The notes below the pieces were generated by a model. It was not told the origin of the DNA. It searched no databases and worked only from the letters and a program-made list of their open reading frames with translations. The translations under genes were made by a program, and so were the position numbers. Positions 37,774-46,678 of a DNA stretch of 64,000 nt are shown here, piece by piece. The number at the start of each line of letters is the position of its first letter. Positions within the stretch are counted from its first letter, which is position 1. Source of the DNA: Candidatus Endomicrobiellum cubanum (lineage in GTDB: Bacteria > Elusimicrobiota > Endomicrobiia > Endomicrobiales > Endomicrobiaceae). The DNA is taken from positions 16-64,015 of the forward strand of contig JAISYS010000008.1 in assembly GCA_031269735.1 (NCBI GenBank), in the 5' to 3' direction.

Positions 37774-38361
37774 GTGGCATTAAATAAAACAGTGTTTTTT
37801 ATGGCAACTTCTGCCGCAAAAACTTTGCCGCAAAGTATTGCAGAGGTTATTTTTGTAGGGAGATCTAATGTCGGTAAAAGTAGTGTTATAAATGCTTTGT
37901 GTTTTAGAAAAAATCTTGCAAGAACTTCAAAAACTCCAGGCAGGACAAGAAGTATAAATGTTTATAGTATAGTGATGAAAAAATGGCTTATAGATTTGCC
38001 AGGTTATGGTTTTGCAAGAGTAAGCTTTAAAGAAAAAGAACTTTGGAACAAAATGATAGAAGAGTGTATAGTTCAAAGGAAAAGCAAAAAAACAGTTTAT
38101 GTTATTATAGATGCTTTTGTAGGTCCTACAGAGTTAGATTTTAATATGGTTGATTGGCTAAAAGATCATAAGATACCATTTAGAATCATTGTTAATAAGT
38201 GTGATAAAGTGTTAAATTTAGTGTCTAAAGAGGAAATAAACACTAAAACAAGAGAACTTTTTAAAATAGAGCCAGAAAGCGTATTTATGGTAAGCGCTAA
38301 AAAAAGAAGCGGATTTGAAAAATTGCAATTAGATATAACAAAATTTTTAGCTCTAAAGTAA
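37774..38361 (+). CDS. engB: Ribosome-biogenesis GTPase EngB/YihA
   Basis: 195 aa, GTG start, G1 GRSNVGKSS, G3 DLPGYG, G4 NKCD. Confidence 0.92.
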   Translation: MALNKTVFFMATSAAKTLPQSIAEVIFVGRSNVGKSSVINALCFRKNLARTSKTPGRTRSINVYSIVMKKWLIDLPGYGFARVSFKEKELWNKMIEECIVQRKSKKTVYVIIDAFVGPTELDFNMVDWLKDHKIPFRIIVNKCDKVLNLVSKEEINTKTRELFKIEPESVFMVSAKKRSGFEKLQLDITKFLALK

Positions 38362-38385
38362 AGGCCCTCTCTAAAGGATAGGTAT

Positions 38386-38862
38386 ATGTCTGAACGTCCA
38401 TCTTGGGATAATTATTTTATAAAACTTGCTTGGCTTGTTGCAGAACGGTCAACATGTGTGCGCCATCATGTTGGAGCTGTTATTGTAAGAGATAAAAGAA
38501 TTCTTACAACAGGATACAATGGAGCAGCCACTTCTACACAAGATTGTTTAGAAAAAGGTTGTTTAAGGAATGAACTAAAAATCCCTTCAGGGCAAAGGCA
38601 TGAAATATGCAGAGCAATACACGCTGAACAAAACGCTATTATTCAGGGGGGCTACAATGGGATAAATATAAAAGATTCTATTCTCTATTGTACGCATTCT
38701 CCTTGCGTTTTATGCTCAAAAATGATAGTAAATGCAGGTATTAAAAAAGTAGTTGCAGATATTGAGTATCCAGACGACACTTTTAGAAAACTTTTTTTTG
38801 AGGTAAATATAGAATTTTCCACATTACATCTTAAAGATTTGACAATAGCTCAGGTTAAGTGA
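38386..38862 (+). CDS. dCMP deaminase (ComEB-type cytidine/deoxycytidylate deaminase)
   Basis: 158 aa, HAEQNAI and PCVLCSKMI zinc motifs. Confidence 0.92.
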   Translation: MSERPSWDNYFIKLAWLVAERSTCVRHHVGAVIVRDKRILTTGYNGAATSTQDCLEKGCLRNELKIPSGQRHEICRAIHAEQNAIIQGGYNGINIKDSILYCTHSPCVLCSKMIVNAGIKKVVADIEYPDDTFRKLFFEVNIEFSTLHLKDLTIAQVK

Positions 38863-38869
38863 GCTTAAA

Positions 38870-38907
38870 GGGTCTGTCTAAAAATTTTAAAGTTTTTAGA
38901 CAGACCC
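38870..38907. repeat. Family-1 short hairpin form, perfect 15-bp inverted repeat
   Basis: gggtctgtctaaaaa (38870-84) / tttttagacagaccc (38893-907), loop ttttaaag. A solitary half-site ggccctctctaaagg lies at 38363-77 on the other side of the deaminase gene. Confidence 0.85.
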
Positions 38908-38931
38908 GTAAAATAAAAGGTGGAGGTTTTT

Positions 38932-39363
38932 ATGAAAAAGATCAGTTTGCTAGTTTTGTGTTGCGGGTTCTTTTTATGTAATTCTATAGTAGCTACTGCT
39001 GGTCATCATAAGGATAAAATGAGGAAAGATGATCCCAAGATGGAAGCTCTGATAAAGGATAAAACGCAGTATGTAAAAAAATTGGATGTTTTGTTATTAA
39101 AATATGAAGCAGCAGGAGAAAAAGATAAAGAATCGATAAAAAAAGACATAAAAAAGTTAATAAAATCTAGTTTAGACAAAAATGCAACTTTTAAGAAAGC
39201 TATAATAGATAAAAATAAAAAAATTATAGAAAAACTTGAAAAAGAGCTCGCAGATATTAAGGCTGATAGGAATAAATATATTGACGATAAGGTAGATTTT
39301 TATGTAAGTCCTGAAGGAATAGCAAAAGCACATGATAAAGCTTCAATGAATTCAGAGAAATAA
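38932..39363 (+). CDS. Hypothetical secreted Lys-rich coiled-coil protein
   Basis: ATG 38932 after GGAGG; signal peptide MKKISLLVLCCGFFLCNSIVATA, then K/E/D-rich helices. Confidence 0.6.
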   Translation: MKKISLLVLCCGFFLCNSIVATAGHHKDKMRKDDPKMEALIKDKTQYVKKLDVLLLKYEAAGEKDKESIKKDIKKLIKSSLDKNATFKKAIIDKNKKIIEKLEKELADIKADRNKYIDDKVDFYVSPEGIAKAHDKASMNSEK

Positions 39364-39376
39364 GCAAGATAAAATA

Positions 39377-39411
39377 AAAAAGGACGTACTTTTAAAAGTA
39401 CGTCCTTTTTT
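39377..39411. terminator. Rho-independent (bidirectional-looking) terminator
   Basis: aaaaa-ggacgtac-ttttaaaa-gtacgtcc-tttttt. Confidence 0.85.
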
Positions 39412-39455
39412 ATTAGCTAATTTTTATTCCAAAAGGTCTCAAAAAGAGATTATTT

Positions 39456-39521
39456 TAGAACCTGACTTGACCATTTGGGTTCCCTCAATCTTCCCTTTTT
39501 CCTTTTACTGGTCAAGTTAGG
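39456..39521 (+). repeat. Family-2 inverted-repeat element (left copy of composite)
   Basis: tagaacctgacttgacc atttgggttccctcaatcttccctttttccttttact ggtcaagttagg. Confidence 0.75.
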
Positions 39522-39563
39522 AGAATGCTTTCCGTCTATTTTAAAGTTAAGCTTAAAAATAGT

Positions 39564-39592
39564 CTTGACGTTTTACTTGAAATAGTTTATAC
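39564..39592 (+). promoter_or_regulatory. Candidate sigma70 promoter TTGACG-N17-TATACT
   Basis: ttgacg 39564-69, tatact 39587-92; 20 nt upstream of the ATPase gene start. Confidence 0.5.
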
Positions 39593-39612
39593 TGTGCATA
39601 GAGGTGGTTGAG

Positions 39613-40830
39613 ATGAGGAAACGATATATTTATCGACACTTACAGAATGTGTTAAAAGATAAAAGATTTGCTAAAGGTGTTATTGCCGTAACTGGGGCAA
39701 GACAAACAGGAAAAAGCACTTTGCTTGAAAATTTAGTGCCAAACATTCCTAATTTAACGCTTGATGATTTAAGGTTGCGATTTTTAGCAAAAAAAGACCC
39801 TGCTTTATTTATAGCTGATAATAAAGCGCCTATTTTTATAGATGAAGTGCAACGAGCACCTGAAATTTTGTCATATATTAAAATTGAAGTTGACAAAGCA
39901 AAAGAAAAAAATATGTATTACCTAACCGGCTCTCAAAAATTTAATATGATGAAAGATATGGCAGAAAGTTTGGCAGGTAGAGTATCAATATTTGAGTTGC
40001 TAGGCCTATCTATGCGTGAACTTCAAAATGATAAATTTAAAGAACCATTCTTGCCAACGAGTAGCTATAAAGCTCGTAGGAGAGAAACAGCAACTCCTAT
40101 TTGTGATATTTGGGATTTAATACACAAAGGTAGTATGCCACAGATGTATACAGAAGAGTTAGATTGGAAAAAGTTCTATGCAGATTATATGAACACGTAT
40201 TTAGAGAGAGATGTTAGTCAACTCGCTCAAGTGGGCGACTCTCTGAAGTTTATAAAATTTATGGAAGTTTTAGCAGCACGTATAAGCAATATGTTAAATT
40301 TAAATGATGTATGCCGCGATGTTGGCATTTCTCATCCTACTGCAGAGCACTGGCTATCTATTTTGCAAAGTTCAAATATAATCTATTTACTTCGTCCATA
40401 TTATAATAACAGAACAAATAGGGCAATTAAAACGCCAAAGTTATATTTTTTAGATACGGGACTCGCCGCTTATCTTACCCATTGGGATACAAAAGATGTT
40501 TTAAAAAGCGGAGCAAAAAAAGGTGACTTTTTAGAAAACTTTGTTATATGCGAAATATTGAAAAGTTATTATAATGCAGGATTAGAGCCCAATAATTTAT
40601 ATTACTACCGAGATAAAAATCAAAGAGAAATTGATTTAATAATTGAAATAGGTGGAGTTTTATACCCGACTGAAATAAAATCAAAATCCAATCCTACTAA
40701 GCAAGATATACCTGCGTTTGAATTTTTAAGTGCTATTGCTAAAGTTGACCAAGGCGCGGTTATCTGTCTTTGCGATAAACCATTCGCAATTTACTCAGGC
40801 GTTTATGCTCTTCCTATTTGGTATATTTGA
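39613..40830 (+). CDS. AAA-type ATPase of the AAA_14 + DUF4143 (COG1373-like) family
   Basis: ATG 39613 after AGGTGG. Walker A GARQTGKST, Walker B IFIDEVQ; C-terminal restriction-endonuclease-like part (REIDLIIE). Confidence 0.8.
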   Translation: MRKRYIYRHLQNVLKDKRFAKGVIAVTGARQTGKSTLLENLVPNIPNLTLDDLRLRFLAKKDPALFIADNKAPIFIDEVQRAPEILSYIKIEVDKAKEKNMYYLTGSQKFNMMKDMAESLAGRVSIFELLGLSMRELQNDKFKEPFLPTSSYKARRRETATPICDIWDLIHKGSMPQMYTEELDWKKFYADYMNTYLERDVSQLAQVGDSLKFIKFMEVLAARISNMLNLNDVCRDVGISHPTAEHWLSILQSSNIIYLLRPYYNNRTNRAIKTPKLYFLDTGLAAYLTHWDTKDVLKSGAKKGDFLENFVICEILKSYYNAGLEPNNLYYYRDKNQREIDLIIEIGGVLYPTEIKSKSNPTKQDIPAFEFLSAIAKVDQGAVICLCDKPFAIYSGVYALPIWYI

Positions 40831-40849
40831 CTTGAAAATAAATACTAAT

Positions 40850-40907
40850 ACCTCACTTGAGCATTAGGGTTCCCCCATTCCTCCTTTTTTTCGTTAAAAC
40901 GGTCAAG
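40850..40907 (+). repeat. Family-2 inverted-repeat element (right copy of composite)
   Basis: acctcacttgagc attagggttcccccattcctcctttttttcgttaaaac ggtcaagtcaggttcta. Confidence 0.75.
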
Positions 40908-40934
40908 TCAGGTTCTAATTAGACTAGTCAATAC

Positions 40935-42128
40935 TTAAAAAACAACTCTTGTTCTTATACCTGCAACAACTATATTATCTTTTACTACTGCATTTCCACC
41001 TTTAGGATTAATAAAATATTGAACAGCTGGTGTAATTGCAATATTATATTTCTTGAGGCCAAAATTGTAATATATTTCCATTTCGGTTTCTGCACCGTCG
41101 TTGTAGTTATAATCTAAGTGGTGTTTATTGTGTTTTGTATAGTATTCTGAAGTATACATTTGACCTATTGCAAAACCTACAACGTCTGTAGGTCTAGACC
41201 AAATGTTCCCACTGATTTGGAGTCCAGCATCCCAAGACGCAAATGGTTGCAGTTTCATCTCTGATGGTGTTATTGCTGATGTAGAGGATTTAAGTACTGA
41301 AACAGAAGGATCTTTATATGAAGTCCCTACAAAAATACCTACATTGTCAATAAGTTCGTGGTCTACGCTAATACCAAAACCATAAATCCCTGATTTTATA
41401 TTTGGATCTGCTATTGAATAATGATTTTTGTTATTGCCCCAAGCATAAAAAAGTAGATTACAACGGTTAGAAGGAGAATATGCAAGTTGTACTGTATTAA
41501 CTCCGCTGGAATCTACGTGATCTATGTCTTGTGAAAAATAAGCATAAGTAACTTTAAAGTTTTTAGCTATATCATAAGCTAATGCCAAGCCTAAACGCTG
41601 AGGAGGAGTTTCTGCTATTTTGTCTCCAGTAAAAATTGAGGTGATAAATTGAGAATCGCTGTCGTTAGAATATTTATTGCTTGCAAAGAATGAGTTAAAG
41701 TTTAGTTTTCCAAAATCTATAGTAAGCTTGTCGTCAAGTATAGATTGTTGGTAGTATGCCTTTGTAAATTTAGCAAGTGTGTCTGCTGCGTCATTTAAGC
41801 TAGGGTCAGATACAGCATTAACTATAGCATAGGTCTCTATTTTATCATTAAGCCCTTTACCTCTGCCGCCTTTTAATTGGACTACAATTTTACCGTTATG
41901 TTCAAAATTTCTTTCTAATGTTAAATCAACAAGGTATACGCCTGCAGACGCTCCCTCTACATCATTTGTTATGTTTTCTTTAGGAGAATCTTGAACAACA
42001 GTAGTTATGCCACCCTTAAATTTAATGCCAAATTGTTCTGCTAACGAATCTGCTGAAAATACTTTTACAGTAATACCAATTAAAATAAAAGCAGTGACTA
42101 ATAATGTTGATTTTATAAAGCCTTTCAA
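40935..42128 (-). CDS. Outer-membrane beta-barrel porin (possibly OprB-like carbohydrate-selective type)
   Basis: 397 aa, TTG start 6 nt after GGAGG, signal peptide, alternating beta-strand pattern, C-terminal ...GIRTRVVF. Family assignment not verifiable here. Confidence 0.65.
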   Translation of the reverse strand: MKGFIKSTLLVTAFILIGITVKVFSADSLAEQFGIKFKGGITTVVQDSPKENITNDVEGASAGVYLVDLTLERNFEHNGKIVVQLKGGRGKGLNDKIETYAIVNAVSDPSLNDAADTLAKFTKAYYQQSILDDKLTIDFGKLNFNSFFASNKYSNDSDSQFITSIFTGDKIAETPPQRLGLALAYDIAKNFKVTYAYFSQDIDHVDSSGVNTVQLAYSPSNRCNLLFYAWGNNKNHYSIADPNIKSGIYGFGISVDHELIDNVGIFVGTSYKDPSVSVLKSSTSAITPSEMKLQPFASWDAGLQISGNIWSRPTDVVGFAIGQMYTSEYYTKHNKHHLDYNYNDGAETEMEIYYNFGLKKYNIAITPAVQYFINPKGGNAVVKDNIVVAGIRTRVVF

Positions 42129-42163
42129 TTCAAACCTCCATTTATATTATAAAAGTAGTTATA

Positions 42164-43516
42164 TTAAACTTTTTGTTCTTCTGCTTTTAAACTATGCAAA
42201 ATTTCTTTTCTCCAAGTTAGTGAAACAAACAGCATTGCAATTACACATGAAACTCCACAAGCTACAAATACTCCATGCCAGCCCCAATTTTCAATAAGGT
42301 AAGCAGTGCCAATACCAGAAAGAAATGCTCCTAAATATCCAAACATTCCTGTGAAACCACAAGCTGCAGAGACAGATTCTTGCACAGTGACACGAGAAGC
42401 TTGTACTCCTCCAACAAGGTTTTGAGGTCCATCTACAAAAAAACCTACTAAAGCTAAAAATAGACCAACAAGCCACCAAGGAGTGTTTGCATGTGTAAAA
42501 TGGTACATTCCCCATAAGCTAAAAATTAAGCAAAATAAAAATATTAAGTTTGTTGGAGTACAACGTCCATTAAAAAATTTGTCTGATATCCATCCAGCAG
42601 CAATTCCACCCAGAGTACCGATAAAAGGCATAAATACAAGCAAATAAGCAGCTTTATCTTTTGCTATGCCTCTTTCTACCATAAATACTGTACTCCAATC
42701 TAATGTTGCAAAACGTATAAAATAAACAAATATATAAGCTATAGCAAGTGACCATAAAAACGGATTACAAAAAACATACTTTGTTAGTGTTTGCCAGTGT
42801 GAAAGGTTACTTTGTTTCTTTGCAGGTGGGAAATCATTGCGATACTTTTCAACAGTTGGTAACCCAATAGAGGATGGTTTATCTGTCAATGTGAAAAGGA
42901 GGCACACCCCCAATATAAGGGCTACAACACCAGAGAAATAAAATGCAGCTCTCCAATGACCGGTAGCAATACAAAAACCTGCTACAATACCTATTAAAGA
43001 TGTCCCTACTGTATGGGCAGATGACCACAATGTCCACTTTGTAGCTCTTTCACTTGGAGAAAACCAATAAACAAGACCTTTAGCAACAGGAGGAAATCCC
43101 ATAGATTGTAAAGCACCGTTTATTCCCCAAAAAAACGTTAATAATGGTAATGATGGTAAGAAGCCAAAGAAAAGGTTAATTATTGCAGAGCCAATCAATC
43201 CAAAAGCCATAAATGTACGAATGTTGCATTTGTCTGCAAGCATGCCACTTAGAAACTTGCCAATTCCGTATGTTACATACATAGTGGAACCTAGAATTCC
43301 AAACTCCATTTTTGTGATACCAAGCTCTGTAATAAAAGAAGGTGCTGCATAAGATATGTTTTTACGTGTAAAATAGTACATAACATATCCAACATACATA
43401 CCAAAGAACATTTTTATACGCCATTTCCTGTACATCCTTGCAATTTGTTTGTCATCACTGATAGGTGTTTTAGAATCAGGCAATGGTTTCATCCAATTAA
43501 TGAACTTTGACAGCAT
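42164..43516 (-). CDS. MFS organophosphate:phosphate antiporter (UhpC/UhpT/GlpT family; UhpC-like hexose-phosphate transporter)
   Basis: 450 aa, 12 TM. N-terminus ...YRKWRIKMFFGMYVGYVMYYFTRKNISYAAP...GKFLSGMLADKCNIR is typical of the OPA family. Confidence 0.8.
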   Translation of the reverse strand: MLSKFINWMKPLPDSKTPISDDKQIARMYRKWRIKMFFGMYVGYVMYYFTRKNISYAAPSFITELGITKMEFGILGSTMYVTYGIGKFLSGMLADKCNIRTFMAFGLIGSAIINLFFGFLPSLPLLTFFWGINGALQSMGFPPVAKGLVYWFSPSERATKWTLWSSAHTVGTSLIGIVAGFCIATGHWRAAFYFSGVVALILGVCLLFTLTDKPSSIGLPTVEKYRNDFPPAKKQSNLSHWQTLTKYVFCNPFLWSLAIAYIFVYFIRFATLDWSTVFMVERGIAKDKAAYLLVFMPFIGTLGGIAAGWISDKFFNGRCTPTNLIFLFCLIFSLWGMYHFTHANTPWWLVGLFLALVGFFVDGPQNLVGGVQASRVTVQESVSAACGFTGMFGYLGAFLSGIGTAYLIENWGWHGVFVACGVSCVIAMLFVSLTWRKEILHSLKAEEQKV

Positions 43517-43584
43517 TTAATGTCCCTCCTAAGTTTTATCGTTTACATTTTGCAAAGCCTGTTGATTTTGCAAGTATGGTATGG

Positions 43585-43602
43585 AATCTAATCTAATCTA
43601 AT
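43585..43602. repeat. Pentanucleotide repeat (AATCT)x3.6 in the uhpC-like/rpsB divergent region
   Basis: Direct reading aatctaatctaatctaat; 70-85 nt upstream of the antiporter start. Confidence 0.9.
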
Positions 43603-43687
43603 TACCTATTATACAAAAGAACAAAAACCTGAATGAAAAAAAAATGTGAATTTTATTATTTAAAGAGTTTCATGTATTTTTAATAAC

Positions 43688-43717
43688 TTGAAAAGTGTTT
43701 TGAGATTTTGATACAAT
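43688..43717 (+). promoter_or_regulatory. Candidate promoter TTGAAA-N18-(TGa)TACAAT for rpsB-tsf
   Basis: ttgaaa 43688-93, tgatacaat 43709-17; leaves a 160-nt leader before rpsB. Confidence 0.4.
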
Positions 43718-43877
43718 TGCTAAGATATTTATAGATGTTTTAATGAGCACACAACTGGATTGCTAAAAGTTCCCTATTTTGGGTTTTAGAGATGTAAAGC
43801 TGTGGAAGCCGTAAGGCGGATAATAAGCGTCTTAAAACGGAACTGCTTAATTGCAGTAAAAACAAAAGGAGAGTAGT

Positions 43878-44666
43878 ATGGCAAACATTACGATGAAGGC
43901 TTTGTTGGAAGCTGGTGTTCATTTTGGCCACCAAACTAGAAGATGGAATCCAAAAATGGCTAAGTTTATTTTTGGTACGAGAAACAAAATTCACATTATA
44001 GATCTTCAAAAGACGTTAAAAGAGTTAAAGAAAAACTATAAAGTTATAAGAGATTTTGTTTCAGAAGGCAGGGGTATAATATTTGTAGGAACAAAGAAAC
44101 AAGCTCAAACACCAATTAAAGAGGAAGCTCTTCGTTGTGGAGCGTACTTTGTCTCGGAAAGATGGTTGGGTGGCACTTTAACAAACTTTGAAACATTAAA
44201 AAAATCTATTGCAAGATATAAAGAAATAGAAAAAATGAAAGAAGAGGGTGTCTTTAATCTTGTTTCAAAGAAAGAACAGTCTAAAATTGAAAAAGAGAGA
44301 ATCAAACTTGAGAAATCTTTAGAAGGTTTAAAAAATATGTCTGCTTTGCCAGGTCTTATGTTTGTAGTAGACCCTAATGAAGAATCAACAGCAGTTTTAG
44401 AAGCAAGAAAGTTAAACATACCTGTTGTTGCAGTTTGTGATACCAACTGTGACCCAGATCTAGTTGATTTCCCAATTCCAGGGAATGATGATGCCATAAG
44501 AGCTGTAAAGCTTTTCTGTTCTGTTGTTGCAGATGCAGTTTTAGAGGGGAAGGGTGTTGGAGAAAAAAAAGATAAAGGGCAAGTAACAACTGATTCTACA
44601 CCTACAGATGGAGAAAAAACAGAAGTGGAAGAATCATCAAATGTTGCTCAAGGAGAAGTGAAATAA
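43878..44666 (+). CDS. rpsB: 30S ribosomal protein uS2 (acidic C-terminal extension)
   Basis: 262 aa, [22 protein letters not shown]... Confidence 0.97.
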   Translation: MANITMKALLEAGVHFGHQTRRWNPKMAKFIFGTRNKIHIIDLQKTLKELKKNYKVIRDFVSEGRGIIFVGTKKQAQTPIKEEALRCGAYFVSERWLGGTLTNFETLKKSIARYKEIEKMKEEGVFNLVSKKEQSKIEKERIKLEKSLEGLKNMSALPGLMFVVDPNEESTAVLEARKLNIPVVAVCDTNCDPDLVDFPIPGNDDAIRAVKLFCSVVADAVLEGKGVGEKKDKGQVTTDSTPTDGEKTEVEESSNVAQGEVK

Positions 44667-45262
44667 TGTCAACAGAACTTATAACAAAATTAAGAGAAAT
44701 GACAGGTGCAGGTATAATGGATTGTAGGAATGCTCTTAAAGAGTCTTCTAATGATATAGAAAAAGCTTGCCAATTGCTAAGAGAAAAGGGCATGGCTTCT
44801 GCTGTTAAGAAAGCAGGCAGGGCGGCTAAACAGGGATTGATATATTCTTATATACATGGGAACGGTACACTTGGAGTTTTAGTTGAAGTAAACTGTGAAA
44901 CAGATTTTGTTGCAAAAACCGAAGATTTTCAATCTTTAGTTAAAGAAATTGCAATGCAAGTTGCTGCAGTTTCGCCTACTTATGTTTCTAAAGATCAAGT
45001 ACCATCAAGTATTATTGAGGCAGAAAAAGAGATTTATAAAGCTCAACTTAAAGAAGAAGGTAAACCCGAGAAAGTTTGGGATAAAATAATAGAAGGCAAA
45101 ATTGAAAAATTCTATAGTCAGGTATGTTTATATGACCAAATTTATATGAGAGATATGTCAGGAAAAGAGACAATAAGAGATTTAGTTACAAAGGCCATAG
45201 CAAAAATTGGTGAAAATATTGTAATCAAAAAATTTGCAAGATTTAAACTAGGGGAAGAATAA
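44666..45262 (+). CDS. tsf: Elongation factor Ts (short form)
   Basis: 198 aa, LREMTGAGIMDCRNALKES... Confidence 0.96.
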   Translation: MSTELITKLREMTGAGIMDCRNALKESSNDIEKACQLLREKGMASAVKKAGRAAKQGLIYSYIHGNGTLGVLVEVNCETDFVAKTEDFQSLVKEIAMQVAAVSPTYVSKDQVPSSIIEAEKEIYKAQLKEEGKPEKVWDKIIEGKIEKFYSQVCLYDQIYMRDMSGKETIRDLVTKAIAKIGENIVIKKFARFKLGEE

Positions 45263-45264
45263 AT

Positions 45265-45984
45265 ATGCGCTCAAAAAGAGTGCTTTTAAAACTGTCTGGA
45301 GAATCCTTTTGCGATGGGAGTTCTTCTATTAGTCAAAAGTGTCTTTTAAGAACTGTAGAAGAAATAAAGCATGCCATTTCTAGAGGTGTAGAGCTTTCCA
45401 TAGTTGTTGGAGCTGGAAACATTTGGAGAGGAGTTGGAAAATTTATAGAAAGAGTTACTGCAGACAAAATGGGAATGCTTGCTACGGTTATGAATGCGCT
45501 AGCTTTAAATGAAGCATTACTAAAAGCCAAAATAAAAGCTATAGTTTTATGTGCAAGTGGTGTAAGTAGTTTTGTTGAAGATTTTAGTGTAGAGAAGGCT
45601 ATAAATTATATTGAGCTCGGTTATGTTGTTATATTTGCTGGTGGCACAGGAAATCCATATTTTACGACAGATACTACAGCTGCTTTGAGGGCTGCAGAAA
45701 TAAAAACGGACGTATTACTTAAAGCTACTCAAGTTGACGGTGTTTATAGCGCAGATCCAAAAAAAGATAAGGGTGCAATAAAGTATGATTTTTTAACTTT
45801 TAAAGAAGCAATAAATAAGCAGTTAAAAGTCATGGATAGTCAAGCATTTTCTTTATGTGAGCAAACAAATATTTCTATTATTGTTTTTGATTTTTACAAA
45901 GACGGAAATTTAAAAAAAGTTTTATGTGGTGAAAAAATAGGTACAAGCATCTCTAAAAACTCTAATGAGTATAAATTGCCGTGA
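45265..45984 (+). CDS. pyrH: UMP kinase
   Basis: 239 aa, VLLKLSGESF...GGTGNPYFTTDTTAALRA. The last ~10 codons are Family-1 repeat sequence. Confidence 0.95.
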   Translation: MRSKRVLLKLSGESFCDGSSSISQKCLLRTVEEIKHAISRGVELSIVVGAGNIWRGVGKFIERVTADKMGMLATVMNALALNEALLKAKIKAIVLCASGVSSFVEDFSVEKAINYIELGYVVIFAGGTGNPYFTTDTTAALRAAEIKTDVLLKATQVDGVYSADPKKDKGAIKYDFLTFKEAINKQLKVMDSQAFSLCEQTNISIIVFDFYKDGNLKKVLCGEKIGTSISKNSNEYKLP

Positions 45985-46082
45985 ATTTTTTGACAAAGCA
46001 ATGCAAAAAACGTAGGGTTTATCTATATAAATACAAGTTTTTAAATGCAGCATTGTCTAAAAAAGTGTGGTAAGGATAGGCA
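45948..46082 (+). repeat. Family-1 intergenic repeat, copy overlapping the pyrH 3' end
   Basis: gcatctctaaaaac...gagtataaattgccgtgaattttttgacaaagcaatgcaaaaaa...gtttttaaatgcagc...gtggtaagg; right terminus decayed. Confidence 0.65.
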
Positions 46083-46114
46083 TTATAGTGCTTGTATAAT
46101 AGTGGAGGGTTAAA

Positions 46115-46675
46115 ATGCAAGTTCAAAGTTTTTTTTCAGCGTCGCAAGAAGCTATGAAAAAAACTATAGATAGATTGAAAACTGAATTGTCTTCTCTTCG
46201 GACAGGAAGGGCAAGTACTGCTGTTATAGAAAATATTAAAGTTGAAAGTTATGGTGCTGTTATGGCTATTAATCAAGTTGCAGGTGTTAGTTTGCCTGAT
46301 GCAAAGACAATAGAAATACGGCCATGGGATATTTCTCAATTAGGTGTTATAGAAAAAGCTATTCTTAAAGCTGATATAGGGATGACACCTGTTAATGATG
46401 GTAAACTTATACGTATTAATGTTCCTCCTTTAACAGAAGATAGGAGAAAAGAGATAGCGAAATCTATTAACAGAATGGCTGAAGATTTTAGAGTAGCTGT
46501 AAGAAATGAAAGAAGAAGTTTACTTGAGAATATTAAAAAGCTTGAAAGAGATAAAACTATAACAGAAGATGTTCGAAAAAAGTCTGAGGCAGAAGCTCAA
46601 AAAATAACTGATAATTTTATAAAATTAATAGATGAGTTAATATCAGCAAAAGAAAAAGAAGTTATGCAAGTATAA
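46115..46675 (+). CDS. frr: Ribosome recycling factor
   Basis: 186 aa, ...LRTGRASTAVIENIKVESYG... Confidence 0.96.
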   Translation: MQVQSFFSASQEAMKKTIDRLKTELSSLRTGRASTAVIENIKVESYGAVMAINQVAGVSLPDAKTIEIRPWDISQLGVIEKAILKADIGMTPVNDGKLIRINVPPLTEDRRKEIAKSINRMAEDFRVAVRNERRSLLENIKKLERDKTITEDVRKKSEAEAQKITDNFIKLIDELISAKEKEVMQV

Positions 46676-46678
46676 GAA

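Larger units (their letters stand above)
39456..40907 (+). mobile_element. Composite element: two Family-2 repeats bracketing a promoter plus AAA ATPase gene
   Basis: The outer ends tagaacctgacttgacc (39456-72) and ggtcaagtcaggttcta (40891-907) are perfect 17-bp inverted repeats. The inner ends (ggtcaagttagg 39510-21; acctcacttgagc 40850-62) are degenerate. Confidence 0.55.

Noticed and set aside
38870-38907. Family-1 short hairpins as canonical intrinsic terminators
   Set aside because: The stems are strong, but no U-tract follows on either strand (gtaaaat / cttaagc). Long copies occur in both orientations.
43740-44009. 89-aa minus-strand ORF spanning the rpsB start and leader
   Set aside because: It overlaps the conserved uS2 N-terminus and has no SD. 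The region is better explained as the rpsB promoter/leader.
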